A DNA stretch of 63,997 nucleotides, counting the filler, from an uncultured bacterium (GTDB lineage Bacteria > CAYJOG01): NCBI GenBank assembly GCA_964371695.1. It is 11 parts of 11 records of this genome, joined end to end, with 100 filler letters (N's around TTAATTAATTAA, not from the genome) between each part and the next. Parts side by side here need not be neighbours in the genome. Positions count along the whole stretch, not along the records: positions 6,228 to 12,226 come from CAYJOG010000190.1; positions 12,327 to 18,316 come from CAYJOG010000191.1; positions 18,417 to 24,406 come from CAYJOG010000192.1; 8 more parts are not named here. The stretch is one strand, 5' to 3'. Below the pieces are notes generated by a model, which was given only the letters and a program-made list of their open reading frames with translations, was not told the origin of the DNA and did no database searches. Each line of letters begins with the position of its first letter. Positions within the stretch are counted from its first letter, which is position 1. Below, piece by piece: positions 11,708-22,009 of this stretch. The position numbers and the translations under genes were made by a program.

Positions 11708-12112
11708 TCAGTCCCATTCCAAAGACTGGATTTTTTGCGCCATGCCGCTGAGCAGAGGGGCGTAGTCCTGCACGATGTTTCCATAGATGCGGCTGGCAAG
11801 TGCTTCGTCATAGGCGTGAGAGGTGAGATTGCGGTCTTCGAGCATCCGCAGCCACACATCGGCCTCTTCAGGGGTGGGGATGAGCTTTTCTGCAAAGGCC
11901 TTCTTGAACACCAGTCGAGGCCCACCGCACTCATGGCCCTGTCGTTCGAGATAGAGCTTGAGGGTTTTCCAGACGACCTCAAAAGTGAACTCAAAGCGCT
12001 GAATGGTGGCATCGCGAATGAGTTCGCTGGGTGTTTGGGAAACGGCTTCGGCGAGCCTGGCCGCGCTGCACAGCACATCGTTCTGCCTCTCGATGAATCG
12101 TTCCTTGCTCAC
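11708..12112 (-). CDS. hepT: HEPN RNase toxin, HI0074-like
   Basis: IQRFEFTFE and the Rx4HxY motif RNLTSHAY. Confidence 0.88.
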   Translation of the reverse strand: MSKERFIERQNDVLCSAARLAEAVSQTPSELIRDATIQRFEFTFEVVWKTLKLYLERQGHECGGPRLVFKKAFAEKLIPTPEEADVWLRMLEDRNLTSHAYDEALASRIYGNIVQDYAPLLSGMAQKIQSLEWD

Positions 12113-12401
12113 GGCAGAAGTTTAGCAGGGTGTTCGCCAATCCCCCGTGCGCCCCATCACCCACCCTGCCCGGCCTGTTCCCCGGCCTCTTTTTGGGCAA
12201 AGGCTTCGCCCCATTCGGCCATCACCNNNNNNNNNNNNNNNNNNNNNNNNNNNNNNNNNNNNNNNNNNNNTTAATTAATTAANNNNNNNNNNNNNNNNNN
12301 NNNNNNNNNNNNNNNNNNNNNNNNNNGTGTAAGTTTATGCACTCCAACATCGTTCCCTCTCCCTCAAGGGGAGAGGGGGTAGAGGTCGTTCTGTTGTTCG
12401 G

Positions 12402-13295
12402 TCACCCCGTCCCGCCGCTCCCACCCATGCCTTTGAACAATTCCTGAATGCCGCCCAGGCTGCCCATCAGGCCCGTGGCCTCATAGGGCAGAAACACTGT
12501 CTTGTTGGTGTTCTGGGCGATTTCCTTCATGGCCTCGACATATTTGACGGCGATGAGATATTGCCCCGGATTCACGGCGCTTTCCTTCAGCGCCTCAGCC
12601 ACCAGGCGAATGGATTCCTTCTCGGCTTCGGCCACACGAATCGCCGCCATGGCTCGGCCCTCGGCCTCCAGTATCTGCCGCTGTTTGTGGCCCTCTGCCG
12701 TGAGGATGTTGGCCTGTTTTTCGCCCTCGGCGGTGAGAATCGCCGCCCGGCGCGTGCGCTCTGCCGTCATCTGTTTTTCCATGGTCTGCTGAATGTCCGG
12801 CGGCGGGTGAATGTTGCGCAACTCCACGCGGGTCACCTTCACGCCCCACTTGTCGGTGTCCATGTCCAGCTTGGTGCGCATCTGGGTGTTCACGCGGTCG
12901 CGGCCGCTCAGGGTGTCGTCCAGGTCCATGTCGCCGATGATGGCCCGCAGGGCCGACAACGTGAGCAGCTCGATGCCGCGCTCCACTTTGTCTACCTCAT
13001 ACACACTTTTCATGGCGTCGGTCACCTGCCAATACACCACGCAGTCCACCTGCATGGTCACGTTGTCTTTGGTGATAACCGGCTGGGGCGGAATGTCGGT
13101 GAACGTTTCGCGCAGGTCAATGGATTTGCGCACGTTGTCCATGATGGGCACGATGATGTTCAGGCCGCTTTCGGCCACCTTCTGGAACTTGCCGAAACGC
13201 TCCACCACCAGCACGCGGGCCTGGGGCACGATCTTCACGGTTTTCACCAGCAATATGGCGGTGACAAACACGACGATGATGGGGAAAAACTCCAT
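12402..13295 (-). CDS. SPFH/band 7 (QmcA/stomatin-like) membrane protein
   Basis: N-terminal TM; VERFGK, VITKDNV, KQMTAER, AEG repeats. Confidence 0.93.
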   Translation of the reverse strand: MEFFPIIVVFVTAILLVKTVKIVPQARVLVVERFGKFQKVAESGLNIIVPIMDNVRKSIDLRETFTDIPPQPVITKDNVTMQVDCVVYWQVTDAMKSVYEVDKVERGIELLTLSALRAIIGDMDLDDTLSGRDRVNTQMRTKLDMDTDKWGVKVTRVELRNIHPPPDIQQTMEKQMTAERTRRAAILTAEGEKQANILTAEGHKQRQILEAEGRAMAAIRVAEAEKESIRLVAEALKESAVNPGQYLIAVKYVEAMKEIAQNTNKTVFLPYEATGLMGSLGGIQELFKGMGGSGGTG

Positions 13296-13313
13296 GGGGG
13301 GCCTCCTGAATTA

Positions 13314-13766
13314 TCACTCGACTTGAACGATCAGTTTCACGCCTTCCACACGCTTCACCACCACGCGTGCGCCTGGGGCCACGTGGTCGCCTGGGTCTTG
13401 CGTGGCGCAGCTCCAATCCTGGTTCTCAACCCGGCAGCGGCCCAGGTTGCGCTCTTTGGTGATCGGCTCGGTGACCACCCCCACGCAGCCCACCAGCCGG
13501 TCGGTGCCCGTGAGGCCGTCGCGGGTGTCCTTTTTTTTGTGCAGCAGCGGACGCAGCCAAATCTGCGCCAGCGCCGTGAGCAGAATGGACGCCCCGGCAA
13601 AGACCCACATCTGCGGGACAAAACCTTTCAGCCCCAGCGACGAGAACACCATCACCAGCAGCGCCGCCACCCCCATGGGCAGCAGAAACATCACCGGCGT
13701 GAGCGCCTCGCCCAGAATGAGCAGCACCCCCAGCACCCCCCACACCCAATATGGCAAAGACGACAT
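13314..13766 (-). CDS. NfeD-like protein
   Basis: Three TM segments plus OB fold (LVGCVGVV...QDWSC...GARVVVKRVEGVKLIV); canonical partner of SPFH; alternative start 13778. Confidence 0.88.
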   Translation of the reverse strand: MSSLPYWVWGVLGVLLILGEALTPVMFLLPMGVAALLVMVFSSLGLKGFVPQMWVFAGASILLTALAQIWLRPLLHKKKDTRDGLTGTDRLVGCVGVVTEPITKERNLGRCRVENQDWSCATQDPGDHVAPGARVVVKRVEGVKLIVQVE

Positions 13767-13823
13767 GGAAGCACTCATTATATCCCCGCTTGCGGTTTGA
13801 AGGCAGGGGCGTAGGCTGAGGCC

Positions 13824-14657
13824 GTGGGCGACTGGCTGACCTTTTTCAGGGAACTCACCACGGCGCTGGAACCCGTGGCCGGGCTGTTTGGCCAGGCCGA
13901 GGGCCGCGCCGAACTGGGTGTGGGTGCGGGCGGCGACATGACCTGCAAGATTGACCGCTTTGCCGAGGGCATCATTCTGCGGGCGCTGGAAGACCGCCAT
14001 CACCACACCGGCGAGGGGTATTCGGTGCTGAGCGAAGAAGAAGGCAGCCTGTGTTTTGGCCACGGGGACCTGCTGGTGCTGGTGGACCCGGTGGACGGCT
14101 CCATCAACGCCAAGCGGGGCGTGCCTTTTTATGCCGCCACCCTGGCCGTGGCCGCAGGCGATCGTTATGAAGACCTGCTGGTGGGCTACACGGTGAACTT
14201 CGCCACCGGCGAAACTTTTTTTGCCCAGCGGCCCTCGCCGGGCGGCGACATTGAAACCTTTCACAACTTCAAACCTTTTCATCCGCCGCAGGATTTGCCG
14301 CCGGACAGCCTGGAACTGCTGGCCATGGAAATGCCCGATCACTTCGAGGAACTGGCGCAACATCAGCCCCTGCTGCGGGCCTTTCACCGCACCCGCCTGC
14401 TGGGGGCCATGGCGCTGGATTTGTGTTATGTGGGCGCAGGCGCGCTGGATGCGTTTTTTCACCCCAAGCCCTCGCGCCCCATTGATTTTGCCGGGGCCAG
14501 CCTGTTTGTGACCGGCGCGGGCGGCGTGGTGTGCGCGCCCGGCGGCGGGCCTGTTCAGGCCGACTTGGCCAGCCTGGGGCGCGGACCAAAACTCATGGCC
14601 TTTCGCACGCCGCAGATACGCGACCGGGTGCTGGGGTTGATGGCGGAAAAAAGGTAG
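13824..14657 (+). CDS. Inositol monophosphatase/FBPase family protein
   Basis: SEE, VDPVDGS, GAMALDLC, DFAG. Confidence 0.88.
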   Translation: MGDWLTFFRELTTALEPVAGLFGQAEGRAELGVGAGGDMTCKIDRFAEGIILRALEDRHHHTGEGYSVLSEEEGSLCFGHGDLLVLVDPVDGSINAKRGVPFYAATLAVAAGDRYEDLLVGYTVNFATGETFFAQRPSPGGDIETFHNFKPFHPPQDLPPDSLELLAMEMPDHFEELAQHQPLLRAFHRTRLLGAMALDLCYVGAGALDAFFHPKPSRPIDFAGASLFVTGAGGVVCAPGGGPVQADLASLGRGPKLMAFRTPQIRDRVLGLMAEKR

Positions 14658-14968
14658 TTCGGCAATGGCTGCTCCGTCCCCTCTCCCCTTTACGGGGAGA
14701 GGGTGGCCGACGCAGTAGGGCGGGCGTCCCCGCCCGCCTGAGCGCGAAGCGCGAAAGCCGGGTGAGGGGTTAGATATAGGCAAAAAATCCAAACAGAAAT
14801 TTGGTTTCTTGCTTCTTGTTTAACCCCTCACCCAACCCTCTCCCCAGTAGGGGAGAGGGGGTAAAGATGCCGTATTTTCTTCCTATGTCCCTGCCGGTGA
14901 AAATGTAATCCGGCGATGGCCATTTCTTCCGCTTTTTTCACCCCCCGGCTTATACTCAAACCATCTCC

Positions 14969-16165
14969 ATGAATGTCACCCTGGGAAGGTTCCTCGACCG
15001 GTTCATCGGTGTGCCGGTGTGTTATGGCCTGTGGCTGCTGGAGCGACTGCTGCCCGGCACGCGGCTTGTTTACAACCGCGACCCGGAGCGGGTGCTCATC
15101 ATCAAGCTGTTTGGCCTGGGCAACGTGGTGGAGCTGATGCCCGCCCTGGCGGCGGTGCGGCGGCGGTTCCCGGCGGCGCGCATCACCGTGCTCACGCTGG
15201 AGAGCAACGCGGGCATTCTGGAGGGTTTCGGCCCGGTGGATGAAATGCTCTATTTCAAGGACAACGGCTGGCTTGCCGCCATGGTGTGCGCCCTGCGGCT
15301 GATGCCCGCCCTTTATGGCCGGCGATTTGAACTGGTGCTGGACATGGACCCCATCGGGCGATTCTGCACCCTGCTGGCGTGGTTCACCCGTGCGCCGCAC
15401 CGGCTGGGTTTCGCCACGCGGGGGCAATACCGCGAGCAGCTTTATACGCTCTCGGTGCCCCTGCGCGAAGACCAGCACATCCGCCACATTTTCATGGACC
15501 TGCTGCAACCTTTGGGCGTGATCTCCCCCGGCCTGCCCGAACTGTTGCCGCCGCCCGTGCCCACCGACACGCTGCGGGACATCACCGCCCGCGTGGCGGC
15601 GCTGCCGGGCACGGGGCCGCTGGTGGTGGTCAACCCCAACGCCAGCACGGTGGCGCTGGAGCGCCGCTGGCCCGTGGAGCGGTATGCCGGTCTGATTCGC
15701 GCCATCACCCAGCGGCATCCGGCGCGGGTGGTGGTGGTGGGCGCGCCCGGCGAGGCCGCCCACGTGGCCAGCCTGATGGCGCTGTTGCCGTCTTCGCCGG
15801 GTGTGGCCAACTGGGCGGGAACCACGTCCCTGACTGAGCTGAGCGCGCTCTTAAGCCTCGCCGATCTGGTGATCAGCAACGACACCGGCCCCATGCATCT
15901 GGCCTGCGCCCACGGCGTGCCCACGGTGAGCCTGTTCGGGCCGGAATCGCCCAGCCGTTATGGCCCGGTGGGGCCGCAACACCGGGTGCTTTACAGCCAC
16001 CGGCCATGCAGCCCCTGCATGGCCTTCAGCAACGAAAAACGGGTTCACTGCACCATTGGCGCAGCCTGCCTGAGCGACCTCACGGTAGAAGCCGCCCTCG
16101 CCGCCGCGCTGGAACTGCTGAGCGAGGCCCCAGGCGCCGGGGCGCAACAAGCGGGGCAGGGGTGA
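14969..16165 (+). CDS. Glycosyltransferase family 9 (heptosyltransferase-like)
   Basis: GLGNVV, RRWP, SNDTGPMHLA, LFGP. Confidence 0.9.
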   Translation: MNVTLGRFLDRFIGVPVCYGLWLLERLLPGTRLVYNRDPERVLIIKLFGLGNVVELMPALAAVRRRFPAARITVLTLESNAGILEGFGPVDEMLYFKDNGWLAAMVCALRLMPALYGRRFELVLDMDPIGRFCTLLAWFTRAPHRLGFATRGQYREQLYTLSVPLREDQHIRHIFMDLLQPLGVISPGLPELLPPPVPTDTLRDITARVAALPGTGPLVVVNPNASTVALERRWPVERYAGLIRAITQRHPARVVVVGAPGEAAHVASLMALLPSSPGVANWAGTTSLTELSALLSLADLVISNDTGPMHLACAHGVPTVSLFGPESPSRYGPVGPQHRVLYSHRPCSPCMAFSNEKRVHCTIGAACLSDLTVEAALAAALELLSEAPGAGAQQAGQG

Positions 16166-16292
16166 CATTAAACCGGCCCCACCCGGCCCAACGCCAACCG
16201 CTTGAAAAACGATTTGAAGCGACTATCATCATGGTCACTCCCATTANNNNNNNNNNTTAACAAATAGACGGGCTGGTGCCCTTTTTGCCCCG

Positions 16293-18176
16293 TTGCTGGC
16301 TGGCGCGCTGGCTCTCCTCGCCGGTTGTGGCGGCGGAAGTTACTCCCCGATTGACCCCTCGGCCTATGCCGCCCGCGTGGGTGTGACTGTGGGGGGCAGT
16401 GTAGACCGGGCGGGGCTGGTGGCGTTTGAGGCAGGTGTTGGCCGGGTTGCCAGCGGCATCGGTGCAGAGGCAAAACTCCGCGTCACCACATTGGATGGCC
16501 AAAAATCTGCTGAGGTCAAAGCCGATGATTCTTATGAACTGGCCGGTGTGCCGCCGGGCAAAAACCGGATACTCAGGATAGAAGACCACACCGGCGGAAC
16601 TGCCACAACGGTTGGGTATGTCAAAACAGACATTCCCGAAGATGTGAACGCCCGCGTGAGCGCCAACGTGAACGGCAAAAGCACGCTGGAGGGCTTTGTC
16701 GCCGTGCAACTGGCCACAGAACTGGCAGGGGGAGGCAGCGCCAAGCCTGAAGACATCAGCAAGGCGCTGAACAACCTTTCGAGCGCCGAAATTGCGTTGC
16801 AGGTAGAAAAAGCTGCTCCTGCCACAGGAACCATCTCGGAACTCGCAGGCACGGGGGGGCGCATCACCCCCGCCATCGCCCAGCAGGTGCAGACCCAGGC
16901 CGGCCAGGGGGCCGAGCGCGAGCGCATGAGGAAGGCCCTGCGGGACATGGCCGTTGCCCTGCAAAGCGCCGTGGGCGAGGACGCCCTGGCGGAACTGTTG
17001 TGCGACGCCGACGACTGCGAGGAAGACTACACCTTCGCCGTCAAGGGCCAGAGCCGCGACAAGGCGGGCCGCCGGGCCGAGTGGAAGGCGTTCAAGGAAA
17101 CCTACGAGGTCATTGAGTTCGCCCAGCAACTGGACCTGCCCGACGACCTGCCCACCGGCGCAAAGCGCCTCACTGTGCCCAGCGGCCAGCGGCTGCTTAA
17201 GGTGCGCCGCCGCGCCGACCGCAAGGAGCTTGTCTGTACCCAACAGGTGTCAGTCACGTTGCGTTATGGCAACAAAAAAAACCTTTGGCGCATTGTGAAA
17301 GAAGAAGCCACCGACGAAATGAAATGCGAAACACTCACCGGCCCGCTGCCGGTGGTGGTGGGGCCGCCACCGGAGACGAGCGAAAGCGTCACCGCCCCGC
17401 TTACAGCCACGCCCGGCGTGGCCATCGCGGCGGATTTCGCCTTTAGCGTACCCGTGACAGCGCTGAGCCTTGCGAGCGCGGTGAGTGTGACTCCGGCAGG
17501 AACAAGTTATCGCGCCGTTTTGTGGGCCGATGGTTTCGGGGCCACGGTGACGGTGCTCAGCGCCCCCCGTGGGGCCGAGGGAACCATTACCCTGCGGGGC
17601 CTGCAAACCAAAGAGGGCGGCGCGCAACAGGGCGAAATCATCAAGCCTTGGCGGCTGGCCTGGGCTGACCCGGCTACCCTGGCGCTCAGCGTTGGCCCCA
17701 GCGGCGTGGCCGCCGACGAGGTGGTGATAAGAGAAGGAGAACTCATCGCCGCCAGCCTGAGCGACACCGTGGGGGGCGTGAGCGCCGCCCTGCCCGCCGC
17801 CGCGCCCGTCCAGTGGCAGGCCACCGGCGGAGCCACGGCCACCACCGGGGGTTTCACAGCGGGAGATTCCGGCCCCGTGTCGCTCACCGCCACACTTGAG
17901 GGCGTCACCCTCAGCGCCAGCGTGGAGGTGTATGAGCCGCAAATAGGCACACCACCCACGGGCGGCGCAGGCACGCTCAAGGGAACCATCAGTAGCGCAG
18001 GCTTCCAGCCTGCGGGGTTGGCCGGGGTGCTGGTGCAGATTCCCGCTCTTGGTCTTGGCACCGCCACAAATACCAGCGGGCGCTACGCCTTCACCGGCCT
18101 GCCCAGCGGAACCCACACCGTCATCGCCGTGCGCGATGACGTGGTGCAGCAATCCCAGACGGTGGTGATTCCGTGA
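16293..18176 (+). CDS. Multidomain lipoprotein with Ig/carboxypeptidase-regulatory-like domains (start near internal gap)
   Basis: Lipobox LAGC-GGG; C-terminal GTLKGTI...TNTSGRYAFTGLPSGTHTV. Confidence 0.7.
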   Translation: MLAGALALLAGCGGGSYSPIDPSAYAARVGVTVGGSVDRAGLVAFEAGVGRVASGIGAEAKLRVTTLDGQKSAEVKADDSYELAGVPPGKNRILRIEDHTGGTATTVGYVKTDIPEDVNARVSANVNGKSTLEGFVAVQLATELAGGGSAKPEDISKALNNLSSAEIALQVEKAAPATGTISELAGTGGRITPAIAQQVQTQAGQGAERERMRKALRDMAVALQSAVGEDALAELLCDADDCEEDYTFAVKGQSRDKAGRRAEWKAFKETYEVIEFAQQLDLPDDLPTGAKRLTVPSGQRLLKVRRRADRKELVCTQQVSVTLRYGNKKNLWRIVKEEATDEMKCETLTGPLPVVVGPPPETSESVTAPLTATPGVAIAADFAFSVPVTALSLASAVSVTPAGTSYRAVLWADGFGATVTVLSAPRGAEGTITLRGLQTKEGGAQQGEIIKPWRLAWADPATLALSVGPSGVAADEVVIREGELIAASLSDTVGGVSAALPAAAPVQWQATGGATATTGGFTAGDSGPVSLTATLEGVTLSASVEVYEPQIGTPPTGGAGTLKGTISSAGFQPAGLAGVLVQIPALGLGTATNTSGRYAFTGLPSGTHTVIAVRDDVVQQSQTVVIP

Positions 18177-18229
18177 TGGTCAAAACCAAAAGCAGTAGAA
18201 CAGGCATCCCTGCCATAGGCGTTAACTTA

Positions 18230-18316
18230 AGGCAAAAACCCCTGATTTTGCGCCCATTTTCAGGAGTAGGCGCGGTGTCCCCACCGCGCACAGCCCACAA
18301 AAAATCAAGGGTTTTT
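18230..18316. repeat. REP-like GTAG-hairpin family. Related copies near 24551-24640, 30365, 32145, 47506, 51241-51368, 54720 and 60469.
   Basis: GTAG followed by the hairpin G(C/T)GCGGTG-TCCC-CACCGC(G/A)C, recurring on several contigs. Confidence 0.8.
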
Positions 18317-18417
18317 NNNNNNNNNNNNNNNNNNNNNNNNNNNNNNNNNNNNNNNNNNNNTTAATTAATTAANNNNNNNNNNNNNNNNNNNNNNNNNNNN
18401 NNNNNNNNNNNNNNNNC

Positions 18418-19125
18418 CTCACGGGCTGGTTTATTCCCCCCATCAACCGCGCTCAGGCCCGGCAAAAACCCGCCGTGCTGCTGGTGCATGGGCGCGGGGC
18501 GAACAAGTCCGCCGTGGTGGAATACATGCCCTGGCTGCACCAGGCCGGTTATGCCGTGGCCGCCCTGGACCTGCGCGCCCATGGCGAAAGCGACGGCAAA
18601 GACTCCACCATGGGCCTGTACGAACCCCGCGACGTGCGCGGGGCCATGCGAGTGCTGAGCCGGATGGGTTATGCCCGCGTGGCGCCCATGGGTTTCAGCA
18701 TGGGGGCCACCACGGTGCTCATGACCGCCGCCCAGAAACCCCCCGGCCTTGTGGGGGTGATTGCCGAGGCGGGTTTCATGGACCTGCCCGAAGTGCTGCG
18801 GCACAACGGCGAAAACCGCTTCGGGAAAATCGTGTTGCCCTTTACCTGGCTGGTGCAAAAACGCCTCACTGTCACACTGGGGCAAGACCCGGCCACGGTG
18901 AACATCGCCCGGCGCTGGCCCCGCACCGGCGGGCCGCCCGCCCTCATCATCCAGTCCGAGCGCGATGATCTGGTGCCGCCCGCCAACGCCCGGCGCATTG
19001 CACGGGCCATCGGCAAAAAGGCCCAGCTTTATATCTGCCCCGGTTCCAGTCACGTCAAGTGCCACGCCGATCACCCCAAAACCTTTGAGAAAAAGGTGCT
19101 GGATTTTCTCGCCAGCCTGAATTGA
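18418..19125 (+). CDS. Alpha/beta hydrolase (5' truncated)
   Basis: LVHG, DLRAHGESDG, nucleophile elbow GFSMG, DDLV, SSH. Confidence 0.88.
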   Translation, partial: LTGWFIPPINRAQARQKPAVLLVHGRGANKSAVVEYMPWLHQAGYAVAALDLRAHGESDGKDSTMGLYEPRDVRGAMRVLSRMGYARVAPMGFSMGATTVLMTAAQKPPGLVGVIAEAGFMDLPEVLRHNGENRFGKIVLPFTWLVQKRLTVTLGQDPATVNIARRWPRTGGPPALIIQSERDDLVPPANARRIARAIGKKAQLYICPGSSHVKCHADHPKTFEKKVLDFLASLN

Positions 19126-19274
19126 CAGGGTGTTGATAAACACCCTGAAAAATCCACGGATGGATTTTCCGCTTATTGGGGTTTGGAAAACCCCAATAAA
19201 AACGCTGTTTTGCGAGGGCTTTGCCTGAGCAAAACAGGTTGAGAAAGGCCAGGAGGGACTTTCTCAACACCCTG
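19126..19274. mobile_element. 149-bp MITE-like element
   Basis: 14-bp terminal inverted repeats CAGGGTGTTGA(T/G)AA, flanked by a 4-bp direct repeat TTGA (19122-19125 and 19275-19278). Confidence 0.75.
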
Positions 19275-19366
19275 TTGAGCAGGACAAAATCCCATCTTGA
19301 CCAGGGCTGATAAAATAAGTCTCCCGTTCTGGCCGCTGCCTTGGCGGCTGGCGGTGCAAAAAGACC

Positions 19367-22009
19367 ATGAGCACCCTGGAGCGTCCCAAATCCCTGCCTC
19401 AAAGGTCGGGCCTGTTTTTTGCCAGCACGGCAGAAAAATGCTGGGCCGCCATTGAAAAAGGCGACGCCCCCACCGCCAACACCCTGTTGCAGCAATACCT
19501 TCAGGAGAACGAACCCGACCTGACGCTGGCCCACGACCTGGGCACGTGCATTCTCAAGGCGGGTCTGTTTCAGGAGAGCACACCGGCGATTTTTGAAGAC
19601 CTGCTGCGACAGGCCCCGGCGGCTGCCCGAAACGTCATTCTGCGCACCCTGCGCAGCCACTATCAGCAAACCGGCGACGGCCCACGCGCCTATGTGCAGC
19701 TCAAACGCCTGCTGAGCCTGCCCGGCGCGCCCGACACCTGGCTGCTGGAGGCGGGCCGCGAAGCCTTGCAACTGGGACTGCCCGAAGAAGCCCTGGCCCA
19801 CGCGGGCCGTCTGGGGCAGATACGGGGCCGCGAAAAAGAAGCCCAGACGCTGGCCATGGCGGTGGGGGCCAGGTTTGAGGGTCAGGAAAACGCTCTGGCC
19901 ATGGTGAACCAGTTGGCGCTGGGGGGCGGCGACATCAACCAGGCCATCAAGTTCTATGAGAAATTGCAGGAAATAAACCCCCAGGCCCCGTTGCCCCAGC
20001 GTTATGCCCTGGCGCTGCTCACCAAGGCAGGGCAGCAAGAGGTGGCCCTCTCCAAGGCCCTGGCCATCAAAGAGAAAAACCCCCAGGACCAATGGACCCT
20101 GCAACAGGTGCTGCAACTGGCCGTGGCCTCGGCCAATGCGCCGCTGGTGGTGGAGACCGGTTTTGCGCTCTACAGTCTCACCGGCGACACCAAGGTGCTG
20201 GAGGTGATTCCCCGCTTTGCCGTGGGCCTGCCGCCCGAAGAAGCGGTGGCCACGTTTGAACGCCTGCTGGGCCTTCAGCCTGAAACCGGGCCGTGGATGA
20301 TCACCCTGGCGCGCCAGCACATAAGGGGCGCGAATTTTCAGAAGGCCCTGGAGGTGATGGGGCAATACACCACGCTGCCCTTTGCCAACGCCGATCAGGC
20401 GGGCACGGTGCTCACCGTGCTGTTTCAGAAAACCCGCGAGATTTATGGCGCGCTGGAAGACGACGTCGCCAGGGGCCATTACCGCGAACTGTTGCGCGCC
20501 CTGAGCGAGAACCTGCAACACCTGCTGGGCGAATCTGCCGAGCTGGACGTGGCCGTGGCGGGTGAACTGCTGCGCCTGAACGAACCCGTGCAGGCCGAGC
20601 GGTTGTATATGCGAGCGGTGAACCACCCGGCCTTTCGTGTGCGCGCGCTGGTGGGGGAATGCCAGTCGCTGCTGGCCCAGGGCAAAAACCAGCAGGCCGA
20701 GGTGGTGGCCCTGCGGGCGCTGGAAGAGTTCAAGAACGAAAACAAACATCTGCTGTGGACCGTCATCCAGGCCACCCACGAGGTCCAGCCCAAACGGGCG
20801 GCGGAGTTTCTGGAGCGGTTTCTGGCAGCCCACCCCAGTGACGAAAAAACCTCTCCCAAGTCCTCTGAAGCCCAGGACCTGCTGGAAAAACTCAAACAAC
20901 GCACCGGCCAGACCCGTGTGTTCAAAACCGGCGCCGCCGCCGGACCCGCCGAAGGCGGCCCCATTTACACCGACCCCATGAAACGCCTGCGGCGCGGAAA
21001 ACCAGACTCGTCGCAGGCACAGGAACACGCCAGCGAACCTGCTCAGGCCCAGGCGACCCCCGCCGCCCCCAAACCGCAGGAAGACGACGCCGCGTTTTTC
21101 AGCACCCTGCGCGAACAATACAACAAACCCGCCGCCAATGTGCCAGCGGGCGCAGGGGCACTGACGGGGCCGCCCCGCACACCGGGCGAAGCCGCCAAGG
21201 AAAGCCTGTTTTCCCGCTACAAAACCGAAAAAACCATCGGCAAAGGCGGCATGGGCACGGTGTATATGGCCAGCGACAGCCTGCTGGAACGCACCGTGGC
21301 CATCAAGATCATCACGTCGTCGGGCCTTACGACCAAAGACACCATCGACCGCATGGGCCGCGAGGCCAAGGCCATCGCCAAACTCAGCCACCCCAACGTC
21401 ATCAGCGTGTACGACGTGGGCCTGTTTGAGGACTTCAAATATCTGGTGATGGAATATGTAGACGGCCTGTCGCTCAAGCAGCTCATTCAGCGGCGCGGGG
21501 GCCACGGCCTGCCGGTGGCCAGCACCAAACACATCGCTTTGCAGGTGGCCGACGCCCTGGGCCACGCCCACGAACGGGCCATCGTGCACCGCGACGTGAA
21601 ACCCGACAACGTGCTGGTGAGCCGGGGCGGCGAGGTGAAGGTGATGGACTTTGGCCTAGCCAAGTTTGTGGACAACACCGAGCAGACCATAGACGGCATC
21701 ACGGCGGGCACGCTGCAATACATGGCCCCGGAGCAGTTCAGCGGCAAACAACTGGACCACCGCGTGGACATTTACGCCTTTGGCTGCATGTTGTTTGAAA
21801 TGCTCACGGGCCAGCCGCCTTTTGAGGGCAACGAGCTGACCCAGCTGATGTACAAGCACCTGCACGACCCGCCCCCCGCGCTGCCCGAAGCCGTGGGAAA
21901 AAACCGCCAACTGCTCGAACAGGTGATTCACCACTGCATGAACAAAAATCCACAGGAGCGCCCCGCCAGCATGAAGGAAGTTCTGGCGGCGCTTTCGCAG
22001 GTGACATGA
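19367..22009 (+). CDS. Ser/Thr protein kinase with a long N-terminal helical (TPR-like) region
   Basis: GKGGMG, VAIK, HRDVKPDN, DFG, APE; no transmembrane segment. Confidence 0.92.
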   Translation: MSTLERPKSLPQRSGLFFASTAEKCWAAIEKGDAPTANTLLQQYLQENEPDLTLAHDLGTCILKAGLFQESTPAIFEDLLRQAPAAARNVILRTLRSHYQQTGDGPRAYVQLKRLLSLPGAPDTWLLEAGREALQLGLPEEALAHAGRLGQIRGREKEAQTLAMAVGARFEGQENALAMVNQLALGGGDINQAIKFYEKLQEINPQAPLPQRYALALLTKAGQQEVALSKALAIKEKNPQDQWTLQQVLQLAVASANAPLVVETGFALYSLTGDTKVLEVIPRFAVGLPPEEAVATFERLLGLQPETGPWMITLARQHIRGANFQKALEVMGQYTTLPFANADQAGTVLTVLFQKTREIYGALEDDVARGHYRELLRALSENLQHLLGESAELDVAVAGELLRLNEPVQAERLYMRAVNHPAFRVRALVGECQSLLAQGKNQQAEVVALRALEEFKNENKHLLWTVIQATHEVQPKRAAEFLERFLAAHPSDEKTSPKSSEAQDLLEKLKQRTGQTRVFKTGAAAGPAEGGPIYTDPMKRLRRGKPDSSQAQEHASEPAQAQATPAAPKPQEDDAAFFSTLREQYNKPAANVPAGAGALTGPPRTPGEAAKESLFSRYKTEKTIGKGGMGTVYMASDSLLERTVAIKIITSSGLTTKDTIDRMGREAKAIAKLSHPNVISVYDVGLFEDFKYLVMEYVDGLSLKQLIQRRGGHGLPVASTKHIALQVADALGHAHERAIVHRDVKPDNVLVSRGGEVKVMDFGLAKFVDNTEQTIDGITAGTLQYMAPEQFSGKQLDHRVDIYAFGCMLFEMLTGQPPFEGNELTQLMYKHLHDPPPALPEAVGKNRQLLEQVIHHCMNKNPQERPASMKEVLAALSQVT

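Noticed and set aside
12402-13778. NfeD-SPFH pair as a novel system
   Set aside because: Well-known conserved operon
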